64,000 bases of DNA, taken from assembly GCA_024229515.1 (NCBI GenBank), contig JAAESI010000275.1:131181-195180 (forward strand), read 5' to 3'. This DNA comes from Pseudomonadota bacterium (GTDB lineage: Bacteria > Myxococcota_A > UBA796 > UBA9615). Made by a program: the position numbers and the translations under genes. Below the pieces are notes generated by a model. That model was not told where the DNA came from. It did not search any database and saw only the letters and a program-made list of their open reading frames with translations. This document shows positions 9,844 through 18,907 of the stretch, one piece after another; the stretch's first letter is position 1, and each line of letters opens with the position of its first letter.

Positions 9844-10417
9844 TCCCGCGGCTGGCCACGGTGCGCTCGAACATCGTCCGCGCCAGCGCCTCCAGCGGCT
9901 CCGCGACCGCCGCTCCATCCACCGCCCGGAGCAGCCAACAGACCGCATCGAGGGTGGACATGCCGCCGGGGCGGGACTCGTCGCGCAGCGACCACCGCGC
10001 CATCGCCTCGGGAGGGAGCCCCACCCGGGGGAGGTCGCGAAGGGCGTCGACCCGCGCGATCTTGCGCGCCTGTGGCCAGGTCCCGTCCGGCACGACCAGG
10101 GTCACCGGCCCGTCGGTCGGCAGCGTCTCGGGGCCGACCGCGTCGTCCGATGGAAACAGCACCCACGCCGGCGCCGTGATCGTCGGCGGCGGGTCCAACG
10201 GACCGATGCGGGAGTGGAACGTCGCCACCTGCGCGTCCGCGATGCCCAGGGCCGCGAGCCGCCCCGTGTTGGTGGTCTTGTGGCCTTCGGAGCGGTGCTG
10301 CACGACCACCCAGTTCGCCCGGGAGGCGACCGACGGGATGTGATCGCAGATGCACCGCTCGGTGTGCATTCGGCAGCCGATGCAGCGGGTGGCGCGCTTG
10401 TTCCGGCGCCCCCCCAT
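9827..10417 (-). CDS. DTW-domain protein (tRNA-uridine aminocarboxypropyltransferase family)
   Basis: N-terminal CxxC..CxC cluster RCIGCRMHTERCICDH and DTW motif PDGTWPQARK; 3' end overlaps kinase stop by 17 nt. Confidence 0.75.
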   Translation of the reverse strand: MGGRRNKRATRCIGCRMHTERCICDHIPSVASRANWVVVQHRSEGHKTTNTGRLAALGIADAQVATFHSRIGPLDPPPTITAPAWVLFPSDDAVGPETLPTDGPVTLVVPDGTWPQARKIARVDALRDLPRVGLPPEAMARWSLRDESRPGGMSTLDAVCWLLRAVDGAAVAEPLEALARTMFERTVASRGIRPPT

Positions 10418-11874
10418 CAGAACTCGAAGAGCTCGGCCAGGAGGGCGACGCCGTAGCCGGTGCCGCGGTCCTCGGACTCCACCGGGCCGGCCATGTCGAC
10501 GTGCAGCCAGGCGCCGTCCCAATCGGCGTCGAGGTGCTCGGCGACGAACTGCCCCGCGCAGGAGGTCTGCGCGTTCATCCGGTCCTTCACCGAGTTCTTC
10601 AGGTCCGCGCACTCGCTCCGGAACTCCTTGCGGAACAGCTCCGGGCAGTACGGCAGGGCCCACGTCAGGTCGCCGCTGCGCCGGCCCGCGAGCACCGCGC
10701 GAGCTTCCAGGTCGGCGTTGTTGCAGACCAGCGCGGCGTGCCGCTTCCCGGTGGCGATCAGCTGCGCGCCCGTGAGGGTCGCCATGTCGACGATGACATC
10801 GGGGCTGAGGTGCTGGCTGGCGTACGCGACGCCGTCTCCAAGCACGAGCCGGCCCTCGGCGTCGGTGTTGTTCACCTCCACCGTCTTGCCGGAGTACATC
10901 GCGAGGATGTCGTCGGGGCGCGTGGCGTCGGGGCCGACCGAGTTCTCCGCGAGGCACAGCAGGCAGTGGAGGTTGTCCTTGAACCCGCCTCGGACCGCCG
11001 CGGCGAAGGCGCCGAGCATGCCGGCGGCGCCGCCCATGTCGATCTTCATGCCGGGCATGTGATCCTTGCCCTTGAGGCTCAGGCCGCCGGTGTCGTAGAC
11101 GATGCCTTTGCCCACCAGCGCGATCGTCTGCTCCGCCCCCGCGGGGGTGTGGGACAGGATCGCCAGCTTGGGCCCGTGGGTGGCCGCCTTGCCGACGCCC
11201 CAGAGGCCGCCGAAGCCGCCGTCGCGGATGGCGTCGCTGTCGATGATCTTGATGTCGGCGCCCACGTCCTTGGCGACCGCCTCCGCCTCGGCGGCGAACG
11301 CCGTGGTGTTCAGCACCGACGGCGGGGTGTCCACGAGCCGGCCGGCGAGGCGGGCTCCGTCGGAGACGCGCTGGACCCGGTCGAGGTCGATCTCGCCGAA
11401 CAGCGGGAGCAGCCCGATGGCCACGCTGCGCTCCTCGTCGTCGCTCCCCTTGCCGTTGAAGAGGGAGAAGGCGCGCGCGGCCGCGACCCCTCCCGCGAGC
11501 GCGTCGGCGGCATCCTCAAGGACCACCACGATGCCGACCCGCGTCGCCCCCACCGCGGCCTTGCGCACCAGCGACGTCAGCGCGTCGGGGCGCAGCGCGC
11601 AGTTGTGGTGGGAGGCGCTGTCGGGGAGCACGCAGGCGACGAGCTTGCTCGGCAGGTCGCGGTCGGTCCACGTGGTCGTCGACGCACCCGCGTCGCCGGG
11701 GGAGACACCATCGACCATGCGCTCCCAGGGGCCCAGATCGGAGACCGACGCGCCGCCGAAGGAAGCCTCCAGGACCTCCTTGGAACGCAGGGCGTCGGCG
11801 TGTCCGACGAGGATGAGGGTGTCGGCGCCAGAGGCGGCATCAACAGGGGTCGTGAGGCTCAGGGAGACGGGCAT
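10417..11874 (-). CDS. pepA: leucyl aminopeptidase (M17)
   Basis: NTDAEGRL signature, VGKGIVYDTGG, metal ligands; 485 aa. Confidence 0.9.
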   Translation of the reverse strand: MPVSLSLTTPVDAASGADTLILVGHADALRSKEVLEASFGGASVSDLGPWERMVDGVSPGDAGASTTTWTDRDLPSKLVACVLPDSASHHNCALRPDALTSLVRKAAVGATRVGIVVVLEDAADALAGGVAAARAFSLFNGKGSDDEERSVAIGLLPLFGEIDLDRVQRVSDGARLAGRLVDTPPSVLNTTAFAAEAEAVAKDVGADIKIIDSDAIRDGGFGGLWGVGKAATHGPKLAILSHTPAGAEQTIALVGKGIVYDTGGLSLKGKDHMPGMKIDMGGAAGMLGAFAAAVRGGFKDNLHCLLCLAENSVGPDATRPDDILAMYSGKTVEVNNTDAEGRLVLGDGVAYASQHLSPDVIVDMATLTGAQLIATGKRHAALVCNNADLEARAVLAGRRSGDLTWALPYCPELFRKEFRSECADLKNSVKDRMNAQTSCAGQFVAEHLDADWDGAWLHVDMAGPVESEDRGTGYGVALLAELFEF

Positions 11875-11905
11875 CGGCGACTCATAGAGCGCCGCCCTGC
11901 CCCGG

Positions 11906-12778
11906 TCAAGGACACAACTCCGGGTGGGCCTCCACGAAGGCGTCGATCAACTCGTCCGGGCGCACCGGAGCGGGCGCCGGCAGCAGCCCCAGATCCGCCG
12001 CGATCCGGCCGAGCACGTCTTCCCCTTGCGCCCCTTGCTCGCGAAGCTCCGTCAGCGCCGGGCTCCCCTTGGATTTGGCCAACCGGTCTCCATCGTCGTC
12101 GACCCGCAGGGGCACATGGGCGAACGTCGGGGGCTCGGCCCCGAGCCAGCGGTACAGCAGCAGCTGCCGGCCGGTCGAGTCCAGCAGGTCGGCTCCGCGG
12201 AGCACGTGGGTGATGCCCATGGCGATGTCGTCGGCGACGCACGCCAGTTGGTAGACGTGGTCGCCGTTCTTGGCCCGCACGATGAAGTCCGTGGGCCGCT
12301 CGGAGCACGGGCCGACGACCTGGTCCACCCACGCCACGAGGCTTCCGTCGGTCCGTGCGCGCACCGAATGGGGCCCCTCGGGACGGGCGGCGTCGTGCCG
12401 GCAGGTTCCGGGGTAGGCGATCTCCCCCCGATGGTCCGCCCCCACGCCCGCGGCTACGCGGATCTCCTTGCGGCTGCAGGTGCAGCCGTAGGTGCGGCCG
12501 CTCAGGGCTTCGAGCGCCTCCTCGTAGTGAGAGAACCGCTCGCTCTGGACGGCGTACTCGTCCCAGTCGAAGCCCAGCCACGCCAGGTCCTCGACGATGT
12601 TGGCGGTCGCTTCGGCGCGGCTCCGCCCGCGGTCGACGTCCTCGATGCGCAGCACCAACTCGCCCCCCGCGGACCTCACCTGGAGCCAGCACAGGAGCAT
12701 CGTCTGGGCGTGACCCAGGTGGAGAGATCCCGTGGGTGACGGCGCGAATCGCCCCCGAACCTTGCGCTGGCCCGTCAT
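11906..12778 (-). CDS. gluQ: glutamyl-Q tRNA(Asp) synthetase
   Basis: RFAPSPTGSLHLGH class-I HIGH motif, truncated GluRS catalytic domain only (290 aa). Confidence 0.85.
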   Translation of the reverse strand: MTGQRKVRGRFAPSPTGSLHLGHAQTMLLCWLQVRSAGGELVLRIEDVDRGRSRAEATANIVEDLAWLGFDWDEYAVQSERFSHYEEALEALSGRTYGCTCSRKEIRVAAGVGADHRGEIAYPGTCRHDAARPEGPHSVRARTDGSLVAWVDQVVGPCSERPTDFIVRAKNGDHVYQLACVADDIAMGITHVLRGADLLDSTGRQLLLYRWLGAEPPTFAHVPLRVDDDGDRLAKSKGSPALTELREQGAQGEDVLGRIAADLGLLPAPAPVRPDELIDAFVEAHPELCP

Positions 12779-12795
12779 GCCTTCAGGATATCCCC
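12779..12795. promoter_or_regulatory. 17-bp divergent intergenic spacer gluQ<->nadD containing palindrome GGATATCC
   Basis: Only 17 nt between divergent start codons; palindrome 12786-12793. Confidence 0.3.
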
Positions 12796-13377
12796 ATGGT
12801 GCGCATCGGCCTGCTCGGAGGATCGTTCAATCCTCCCCACCTCTGCCACGTCCGGCTGTCGGAGTACGTCCTCCAGTCGGGCGCCGTCGACGCCGTGTGG
12901 TGGCTCCCCGTGCACCGCCACGCCTTCGACAAGGACGCAAGCCTCGCTTCCTGGGACGACCGGCTGGCGATGGCGGAGGCCGCGGTCGCGGACCACCCGG
13001 ACCTGCACGTCGACCCCATCGAGTCGACCCTGGCGCCGCCCAGCTACACGGTCCACACCATCGCGGCGCTGCGCGAGCGTCACCCCGAACACACCTTCGT
13101 CTGGCTGGCGGGCGCGGACATCCTCCCCGAACTGCACCTGTGGCACCGCTGGTCGGAGCTGCGGGAGCTGCTCGAGTTCTTGATCGTGGGGCGGGGCGAT
13201 CGAGCCAGGGACGCGCCCGAGGGGGCCCGCATCGACGTGCGCGACTTCACGCTGCCGGACATCTCGTCGTCGCAAGTCCGCCGACGCCTCGCCGCCGGGG
13301 ACCGCGCCGCCGCCCGCGAACTCGTCCCCGCTGCCGTCGCCGACTGGCTGGACGCGCACCCCGACGTCTACGCGTGA
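12796..13377 (+). CDS. nadD: nicotinate-nucleotide adenylyltransferase
   Basis: MVRIGLLGGSFNPPHLCH (GxFxPxH) motif; 193 aa; RBS AGGA upstream. Confidence 0.85.
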   Translation: MVRIGLLGGSFNPPHLCHVRLSEYVLQSGAVDAVWWLPVHRHAFDKDASLASWDDRLAMAEAAVADHPDLHVDPIESTLAPPSYTVHTIAALRERHPEHTFVWLAGADILPELHLWHRWSELRELLEFLIVGRGDRARDAPEGARIDVRDFTLPDISSSQVRRRLAAGDRAAARELVPAAVADWLDAHPDVYA

Positions 13378-14339
13378 CCGACGACCGCCCCAAGCTCCAC
13401 CCGATCGTGGGCACCCCGCTGATCGTGCTCGTGGCGGTGGCGGCGGCGCTCGTAGCGACGGTCGTGCTGATCGCGATCGGCGCCGGAGCAGTGGCGGTCA
13501 CCGAGTCGGATCTGGATGCGCTCCAGTGGGCCCAGCGGAGGCCGCTGCTGGGGATCCTCGTCACCTGGCTGTTCGTCGTCCCCGCCCTGATCGTGTTCGG
13601 CCGCTGGCTGACCGCGCTGTCCCCGCGTGACATGGGCCTGCACCAGGCCGGCTCGTCCCGGCTGTTCATCGTGGGAGGCGTGCTCGGCGCCGCGACCCTG
13701 CTCGCCCCCGCCCTCCTCGGGCGCGCCGTCGGCTGGGTGGAGCCGACGACCTCGACCCTGAACCCCAGCGGCGCGGCGGCCCTGGGGGGTGTGCTGTTCG
13801 CCGTGCCCGCCCTCGCCGTCGCCGCCTTCGGGGAGGAGTTGGCGTTCCGCGGGGTGTTCCTGCCGTATTGGCAGCGGGCCGCAGGAGGTCCCGCCGCGCT
13901 GATCGTGACGGCGTTGCTGTTCGTGCTCCTGCACGGCCTCAACCCGAACGCCAGCGCCCTGGGCTGGGCCGGCATCTTCCTCGCGGGGATCTGGTTGGGG
14001 GTCGCTTTTCAGGTCACGCAGAGCCTGTGGTTCGCCACCGGGCTGCACCTGGGGTGGAACGTGGCGACCTCGCTGATCCTGGGCTTCCGGGTGTCCGGCT
14101 TCGAGCTGCCGTCGCTGCTGCGCTGGCAGACGGTGGACTCACCGTTGGCGGAGCGGCTGCTGGGAGGCAGCTTCGGTCCGGAGGAAGGCATCGCCTTCCA
14201 CTTGTCGCTGACGGTATCGCTGGTCGTCGTGCTGGTGCTGGGGACGTTCGTGGCGCCTACGGATCGCCCAGAAGGAGCGTCGCCGGCAGATCCTGCATCT
14301 CCGCCGTCCCGTCCCCTTCCCCCAGGTACGCCGCAATGA
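13374..14339 (+). CDS. CPBP-family intramembrane metalloprotease (CAAX protease-like)
   Basis: GTG overlaps nadD stop (GTGA); multi-TM; EELAFRG and LHGLNN motifs of Abi/CPBP family. Confidence 0.7.
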   Translation: MTDDRPKLHPIVGTPLIVLVAVAAALVATVVLIAIGAGAVAVTESDLDALQWAQRRPLLGILVTWLFVVPALIVFGRWLTALSPRDMGLHQAGSSRLFIVGGVLGAATLLAPALLGRAVGWVEPTTSTLNPSGAAALGGVLFAVPALAVAAFGEELAFRGVFLPYWQRAAGGPAALIVTALLFVLLHGLNPNASALGWAGIFLAGIWLGVAFQVTQSLWFATGLHLGWNVATSLILGFRVSGFELPSLLRWQTVDSPLAERLLGGSFGPEEGIAFHLSLTVSLVVVLVLGTFVAPTDRPEGASPADPASPPSRPLPPGTPQ

Positions 14340-14769
14340 ACGCGCGAGTGCCGGGGGCGACCTTGCTGTCGAGGTGGAGGTAGAGCTCCGTCCCCTCGTG
14401 GTCCCAGGTCAGGTCGACGGCTCGTATTTGAAGGTAGCCAAAACCGCCTGCGCCTTGAACGACGCCGAAGCGGACGCGCTGGGCCAACCACTCGGGGACT
14501 TTGTCTTGCAGTCCGGGGTCGGCGGGGATCACGTAGTTGCTGACGACGTGAACGGTGCGGCGGGTGTGAAGTTGGTAGGTGTCGATCGATTCGACGAAGT
14601 TGCGGACCGCGCGAACAGCGGCGCGGCGGCGAAGGGTGAAGTCGATCCCGCCTGGCTCCTCAACGGGGAGCGCGATCAACTTGGGAGTACTTCGCCGGCC
14701 GAAGAGCCGGGCGAAGAAACCAGGCCTGGCAGCCCGATTCAGATCGATGCGTCGCTTGCCGCTCGCCAT
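14257..14769 (-). CDS. hypothetical protein
   Basis: 170-aa ORF from ATG with AGGAG 13 nt upstream and TATTAT-like box; overlaps CPBP 3' end by 83 nt. Confidence 0.4.
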   Translation of the reverse strand: MASGKRRIDLNRAARPGFFARLFGRRSTPKLIALPVEEPGGIDFTLRRRAAVRAVRNFVESIDTYQLHTRRTVHVVSNYVIPADPGLQDKVPEWLAQRVRFGVVQGAGGFGYLQIRAVDLTWDHEGTELYLHLDSKVAPGTRAFIAAYLGEGDGTAEMQDLPATLLLGDP

Positions 14770-14852
14770 GGGGTCGATGGATCTCCTACTACTGATAATA
14801 GAGGCCAAGGGGTGTCGCTCCAAGGTGTGAGACGGCTGACCCCCGATCTTCT
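14770..14852 (-). promoter_or_regulatory. AT-richer promoter-like segment (TATTAT, AGGAG) upstream of hypothetical gene
   Basis: Minus-strand tattatcagtagtaggagatccatcgacccc ATG. Confidence 0.3.
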
Positions 14853-16802
14853 TCAATCGCGGCGGCGAACCAGGCCCAGGATCAGGAGCGCGAGTCCCCC
14901 CACGACGGGCGAGGCGCTGGCGGTCGAGGCGTTGCACGCACAGCCGAACGTGGTCGACCGGCTGGTCGCGGCGTCCGCGTCGGTGCCCTGCACGCCCTCG
15001 TCGTCGTCCCACCAGGCGTCGTCGGCGGAGTCGTCGTCGTCGCCGACGGAGTCCGAGTCATCGTCATCGGAGACGTCGTCGTCGTCGGTGGCGTCGTCGT
15101 CGTCGTCGTCGTCGGGACCGTCGTCGTCATCGTCGGTGGCGTCGTCGTCATCGGAGACGTCGTCGTCATCGGAGACGTCGTCGTCATCGCCCGGGGGCAG
15201 CGGGTCTTCGCCGTCGCAGTCCTGGTCGATGCCGTCACCGGGGATGTCGGTGGCGGCGGGGTTGATCGAGGCGTCCGCGTCGTCGCAGTCGGCCGGATCG
15301 TCGCAGGCGAGCCAGCCGTCACCGTCGCCGTCGATCAGGTCGGCGTTGATGCCGTCGCAGTCGCTGTCGGCGCCGTCGCAGATCTCCGGGGCGCCCGGGT
15401 AGATGAAGATGTCGCCGTCGTCGCAGTCGCCGTCGCAGGTGAGGAAGCCGTCGCCGTCCAGGTCGAAGCCTTCGTCGACCACGAGGTCGCAGTCGTTGTC
15501 CACGAAGTCGCAGATCTCGACCGCGCCGGGGAAGACGCCGGCGTCGCTGTCGTCGCAGTCGCCGTCGCACGCCTCGTAGCCGTCACCGTCGGCGTCGAAG
15601 CCCTCGTCGGCGTTGCCGTCGCAGTCGTTGTCGGCCGAGTCGCAGATCTCGGGGGCGCCGGGGTTGATGGCGGCGTTGGTGTCGTTGCAGTCGCCCGCGC
15701 AGGTGGTCCAGCCGTCGCCGTCGCCGTCGAAGCCCTCGTCGACGTTGCCGTCGCAGTCCTGGTCGATCCCGTCGCAGACCTCGGTCGCGCCGGGGGAGAT
15801 GCCGGCGTTGTTGTCCACGCAGTCGCCGCCGCAGGTGGTCCAGCCGTCGCCGTCGCCGTCGAAGCCTTCGTCGACGCTGCCGTCGCAGTCCTGGTCGAGG
15901 CCGTCGCACGCCTCGGAGGCGCCCGGGTTGATGCTGGCGTTGTTGTCCAGGCAGTCGCCCGCGCAGGTGGTCCAGCCGTCGCCGTCGTTGTCGTAGCCCT
16001 CGTCGATGCTGCCGTCGCAGTCGTTGTCGATCGAGTCACACGCCTCGGCCATGCCGGGGTTGATCGAGGGGTTGCCGTCGTCGCAGTCGGTGCTCGCGTC
16101 CCAGCCGTCGCCGTCGGCGTCCGTCACCGGGGGCGGCGGGTAGAAGCCGATGCCGTAGCCGTCGGTCAGGAGCGAGGAGCTGTTGCAGCTGGGGCTCAGG
16201 AGCGCGCCGCCGTAGATGCCGACCGAGGCGGAGGCGCCGTTGGTGTAGGTCGAGCTCCCCAGGTCGGTGTCCAGGTAGACGAACTCGATGTGGTCGTCGA
16301 CGTCGTGGAGCTGGACTTCGAGGGTCACGTCGCCGGTGCCGGCGAAGTTCTCGATGTAGTACCACTCGGCGATGAACACGAGGTTGCCGCCGGGGTCGGT
16401 GCCGGTGCCCGCGTAGACGCCCAGGGAGTTGGTCGCGCTGGGGTCGAGGTCGTCCCAGAAGGGGGCCGCGATGTCGTTGCCGTAGTTGCTCAGCGGGCAC
16501 TGGTTGATGAAGCTCAGCGTGCTGCCGCCGGTCCCGAACGTGATGGCGCCATTGGAGTGCACGCGCACGTCCGTGTAGGTGATCCCATAGAACTCGAACG
16601 AGAAGCCGAGCGCGACCACCTGACTGTCGTCATCGCCCAGACCGAGGGGGCTGCCGGGGGCGTAGTAGTAGGTGCCCGGGGGGCCGGATGGGTCGTTCGT
16701 GTCCGCCCAGGTGTAGCCCCAGGCGTCCGGTCCACCGTTGGCGGCCGCCGCCACGGAGGGGAGGGCGAGCATGAATGGGAGGATCCACCGCAACCGCGAC
16801 AA
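14853..16802 (-). CDS. secreted Cys-rich repeat protein (MopE-like putative metal-binding repeats) with poly-Asp tail and MYXO-CTERM-type sorting signal
   Basis: Signal peptide; 6 repeats DxDGDGWxxCxGDCxDxxxxINPGAxExCDGxDxDCDGxxDEG; DDDDVS/DDDDAT run; C-terminal GCACNASTASASPVVGGLALLILGLVRRRD. Confidence 0.75.
   Translation of the reverse strand: MSRLRWILPFMLALPSVAAAANGGPDAWGYTWADTNDPSGPPGTYYYAPGSPLGLGDDDSQVVALGFSFEFYGITYTDVRVHSNGAITFGTGGSTLSFINQCPLSNYGNDIAAPFWDDLDPSATNSLGVYAGTGTDPGGNLVFIAEWYYIENFAGTGDVTLEVQLHDVDDHIEFVYLDTDLGSSTYTNGASASVGIYGGALLSPSCNSSSLLTDGYGIGFYPPPPVTDADGDGWDASTDCDDGNPSINPGMAEACDSIDNDCDGSIDEGYDNDGDGWTTCAGDCLDNNASINPGASEACDGLDQDCDGSVDEGFDGDGDGWTTCGGDCVDNNAGISPGATEVCDGIDQDCDGNVDEGFDGDGDGWTTCAGDCNDTNAAINPGAPEICDSADNDCDGNADEGFDADGDGYEACDGDCDDSDAGVFPGAVEICDFVDNDCDLVVDEGFDLDGDGFLTCDGDCDDGDIFIYPGAPEICDGADSDCDGINADLIDGDGDGWLACDDPADCDDADASINPAATDIPGDGIDQDCDGEDPLPPGDDDDVSDDDDVSDDDDATDDDDDGPDDDDDDDATDDDDVSDDDDSDSVGDDDDSADDAWWDDDEGVQGTDADAATSRSTTFGCACNASTASASPVVGGLALLILGLVRRRD
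15000..15195 (-). repeat. imperfect tandem repeats encoding DDDDVS / DDDDAT acidic tail of MYXO-CTERM protein
   Basis: gtcgtcgtcatcggagac / gtcgtcgtcggtggc units on + strand. Confidence 0.7.
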
Positions 16803-16865
16803 CCTACCTTGAGATCGCGCTCACGCGCGGGTACAAACCGGGCCCCACCAACGGAGCCCCGCCTG

Positions 16866-18845
16866 ATGCTTCGCCTCGCGTACGAGCCCGCCCAGCTTTC
16901 CGCCAATCACCTCAGCACCCTGGACCGGCTCCGCGCCGAGGCCTGCACGGACATCCTCTCGATGACCACGCTGGCCGGTTGCGGCCACCCCGGTGGGTCG
17001 ATGTCGACGCTCGATGCGTTGCTCCTGATCTACGCCAACGCCAACGTCACGGCGGATGCTCCGATGGCCCCCACCCGGGACCGCGTGATCATCAGCCACG
17101 GCCACATCTCGCCCGGCACCTACTCGGCGCTGGCGCAGTTCGGCTTCTGCGATCGGGACCAGGCGGTGCGCGAGTTCCGCACGTTCGGATCCATCTTCGG
17201 CGGCCACATCGAGCAGGGCGTGCCCGGCGTCGAGTGGAACACCGGCAACCTCGGTCAGGGACTGTCCGCCGCGGTCGGCTCCGCCATCGGGGCCCGCCTC
17301 GCGGCCGCCGATCCGAGCAAGGACCTGCGCGAGCAGGACGGCTTCGCCTGGCGCACCTACTGCCTCATGGGCGACGGCGAGCAGCAGAAGGGCCAGATCA
17401 GCGAAGCCCGCCGCCTCGCGGTGAAGTACGGCTGCAACAACGTGCTCGCGTACGTGGACCTCAACGGCCTCCAGATCGGCGGCACCATCGACTCCGTGAT
17501 GCCCCAGCAGATCGTCGCGGGCTGGGCCAGCGACGGCTGGAACGTGCTCGAGGCCGACGGCCACGACTGGCAGGCGATGTACAGCGCGATGCGGGCGTTC
17601 CAGACCGGGGACGTCGCCGACCCGAGCAAGCCCACCGTGATCATCGCGACCACCGTGATGGGCAAGGGCGTCGGGTTCATGGAGAACCTGCACAAGTGGC
17701 ACGGCCAGACGCTGCCGATGGACGACTGCCGCAAGGCCATCGCGGAGCTGGGCGGCGAGGATCGCCTCGACCGGCTCGCGGCCGAGCGGGCGGCGATGCC
17801 CGAGCGCGGCTTCGACCACCCCTTCCCGCTGGTCCCCCCGCCAGAGCTGATCGTCGGCGCGCCGATCGTCTACCCCACGGACGCCAAGACCGACTGCCGG
17901 TCGGCCTACGGCAACGTGATGAAGGAGCTCGCCGGAGCCAACAACCAGGAGTCGATCAAGATCGCCGCCTTCAGCGCGGATCTGGAGGGCTCGGTGAAGC
18001 TCAACGGCTTCCACGCCGCGGCCCCCGCCGGCTTCATCGAGGGCGGCATCCAGGAGCACAACAGCGCCACCGCGTCGGGGCGGCTGAGCCGGGAAGGCTT
18101 CAGCGTCTTCTTCAGCACGTTCGGCATCTTCGGCGTGACCGAGGTCTTCAACCAGCAGCGGCTCAACGGGTTCAACAAGAGCAACCTCAAGCTCGTCTGC
18201 ACGCATTGCGGCACGGACGTCGGCGAGGACGGCCCGACCCACCAGGTGATCGACTACGCGGGCCTGCTCCGCTCGACCTTCGACTGGGAGATCGCGGTCC
18301 CCGGCGACCCCAACCAGTGCGACCGCATCATCCGGAACATCGCCGGCCGCCCCGGCAACCAGTTCGTCGGCATGGGCCGAAGCAAGCTCCACCCCATCGC
18401 GAAGGCAGACGGCAGCGGCCCCTTCTACGACGGCAGCGTCGGCTTCGAGCCGGGCCGCGCCGACGTGCTCCGTGAGGGTGACGCGGGCGCGATCCTGGCG
18501 GTCGGTCCGACGGTCGCGTTCGCCGTGAAGGCCCACGACCTCATCTTCGACAAGCTCGGCAAGCGGGTGCGCGTAGTCAACATGGCCAGCCTCGCCCCCT
18601 ACGACGGCGCCGCCATCGCCGCCGCCGCGGCCGCCGGCTACGTGCTCACGGCCGAGGACCACCACCCCGACACCGGCCTCGGCGGCCTCGTCGCGTTGCA
18701 CCTCGCGGACGAGGGGATCAGCACCCGGCTGGAGCGCGCGGGCGTGGACCAGTGGTCGATGAGCGGCCCCCCGCCGGCCATCTTCAAGGCCTACCGTCTG
18801 GACGCCGAGGGGCTCGCCGCGCGGGTGATTCGGGCGCTCACGTAA
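16866..18845 (+). CDS. tkt: transketolase
   Basis: GHPGGSMS, ISHGH, GDGEQQKG (TPP-binding), full-length 659 aa; GGAG RBS. Confidence 0.9.
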   Translation: MLRLAYEPAQLSANHLSTLDRLRAEACTDILSMTTLAGCGHPGGSMSTLDALLLIYANANVTADAPMAPTRDRVIISHGHISPGTYSALAQFGFCDRDQAVREFRTFGSIFGGHIEQGVPGVEWNTGNLGQGLSAAVGSAIGARLAAADPSKDLREQDGFAWRTYCLMGDGEQQKGQISEARRLAVKYGCNNVLAYVDLNGLQIGGTIDSVMPQQIVAGWASDGWNVLEADGHDWQAMYSAMRAFQTGDVADPSKPTVIIATTVMGKGVGFMENLHKWHGQTLPMDDCRKAIAELGGEDRLDRLAAERAAMPERGFDHPFPLVPPPELIVGAPIVYPTDAKTDCRSAYGNVMKELAGANNQESIKIAAFSADLEGSVKLNGFHAAAPAGFIEGGIQEHNSATASGRLSREGFSVFFSTFGIFGVTEVFNQQRLNGFNKSNLKLVCTHCGTDVGEDGPTHQVIDYAGLLRSTFDWEIAVPGDPNQCDRIIRNIAGRPGNQFVGMGRSKLHPIAKADGSGPFYDGSVGFEPGRADVLREGDAGAILAVGPTVAFAVKAHDLIFDKLGKRVRVVNMASLAPYDGAAIAAAAAAGYVLTAEDHHPDTGLGGLVALHLADEGISTRLERAGVDQWSMSGPPPAIFKAYRLDAEGLAARVIRALT

Positions 18846-18907
18846 CCGGGCGCCTCGCTCAGGGTCACTGCTACATTCCCCCCGCTCGCACGGAGCATCC
18901 GGAGATC

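Noticed and set aside
8727-10343. 538-aa and other R/G/P-rich ORFs (7620-8657, 7716-8672, 10501-12213, 21676-23388, 16775-18475, 16821-18701, 40658-41782, 25131-26768)
   Set aside because: Each overlaps a gene with strong motif support (kinase, pepA, membrane GT-C protein, tkt, ctpA, OmpA). Arg/Gly/Pro-rich composition is typical of off-frame high-GC ORFs.
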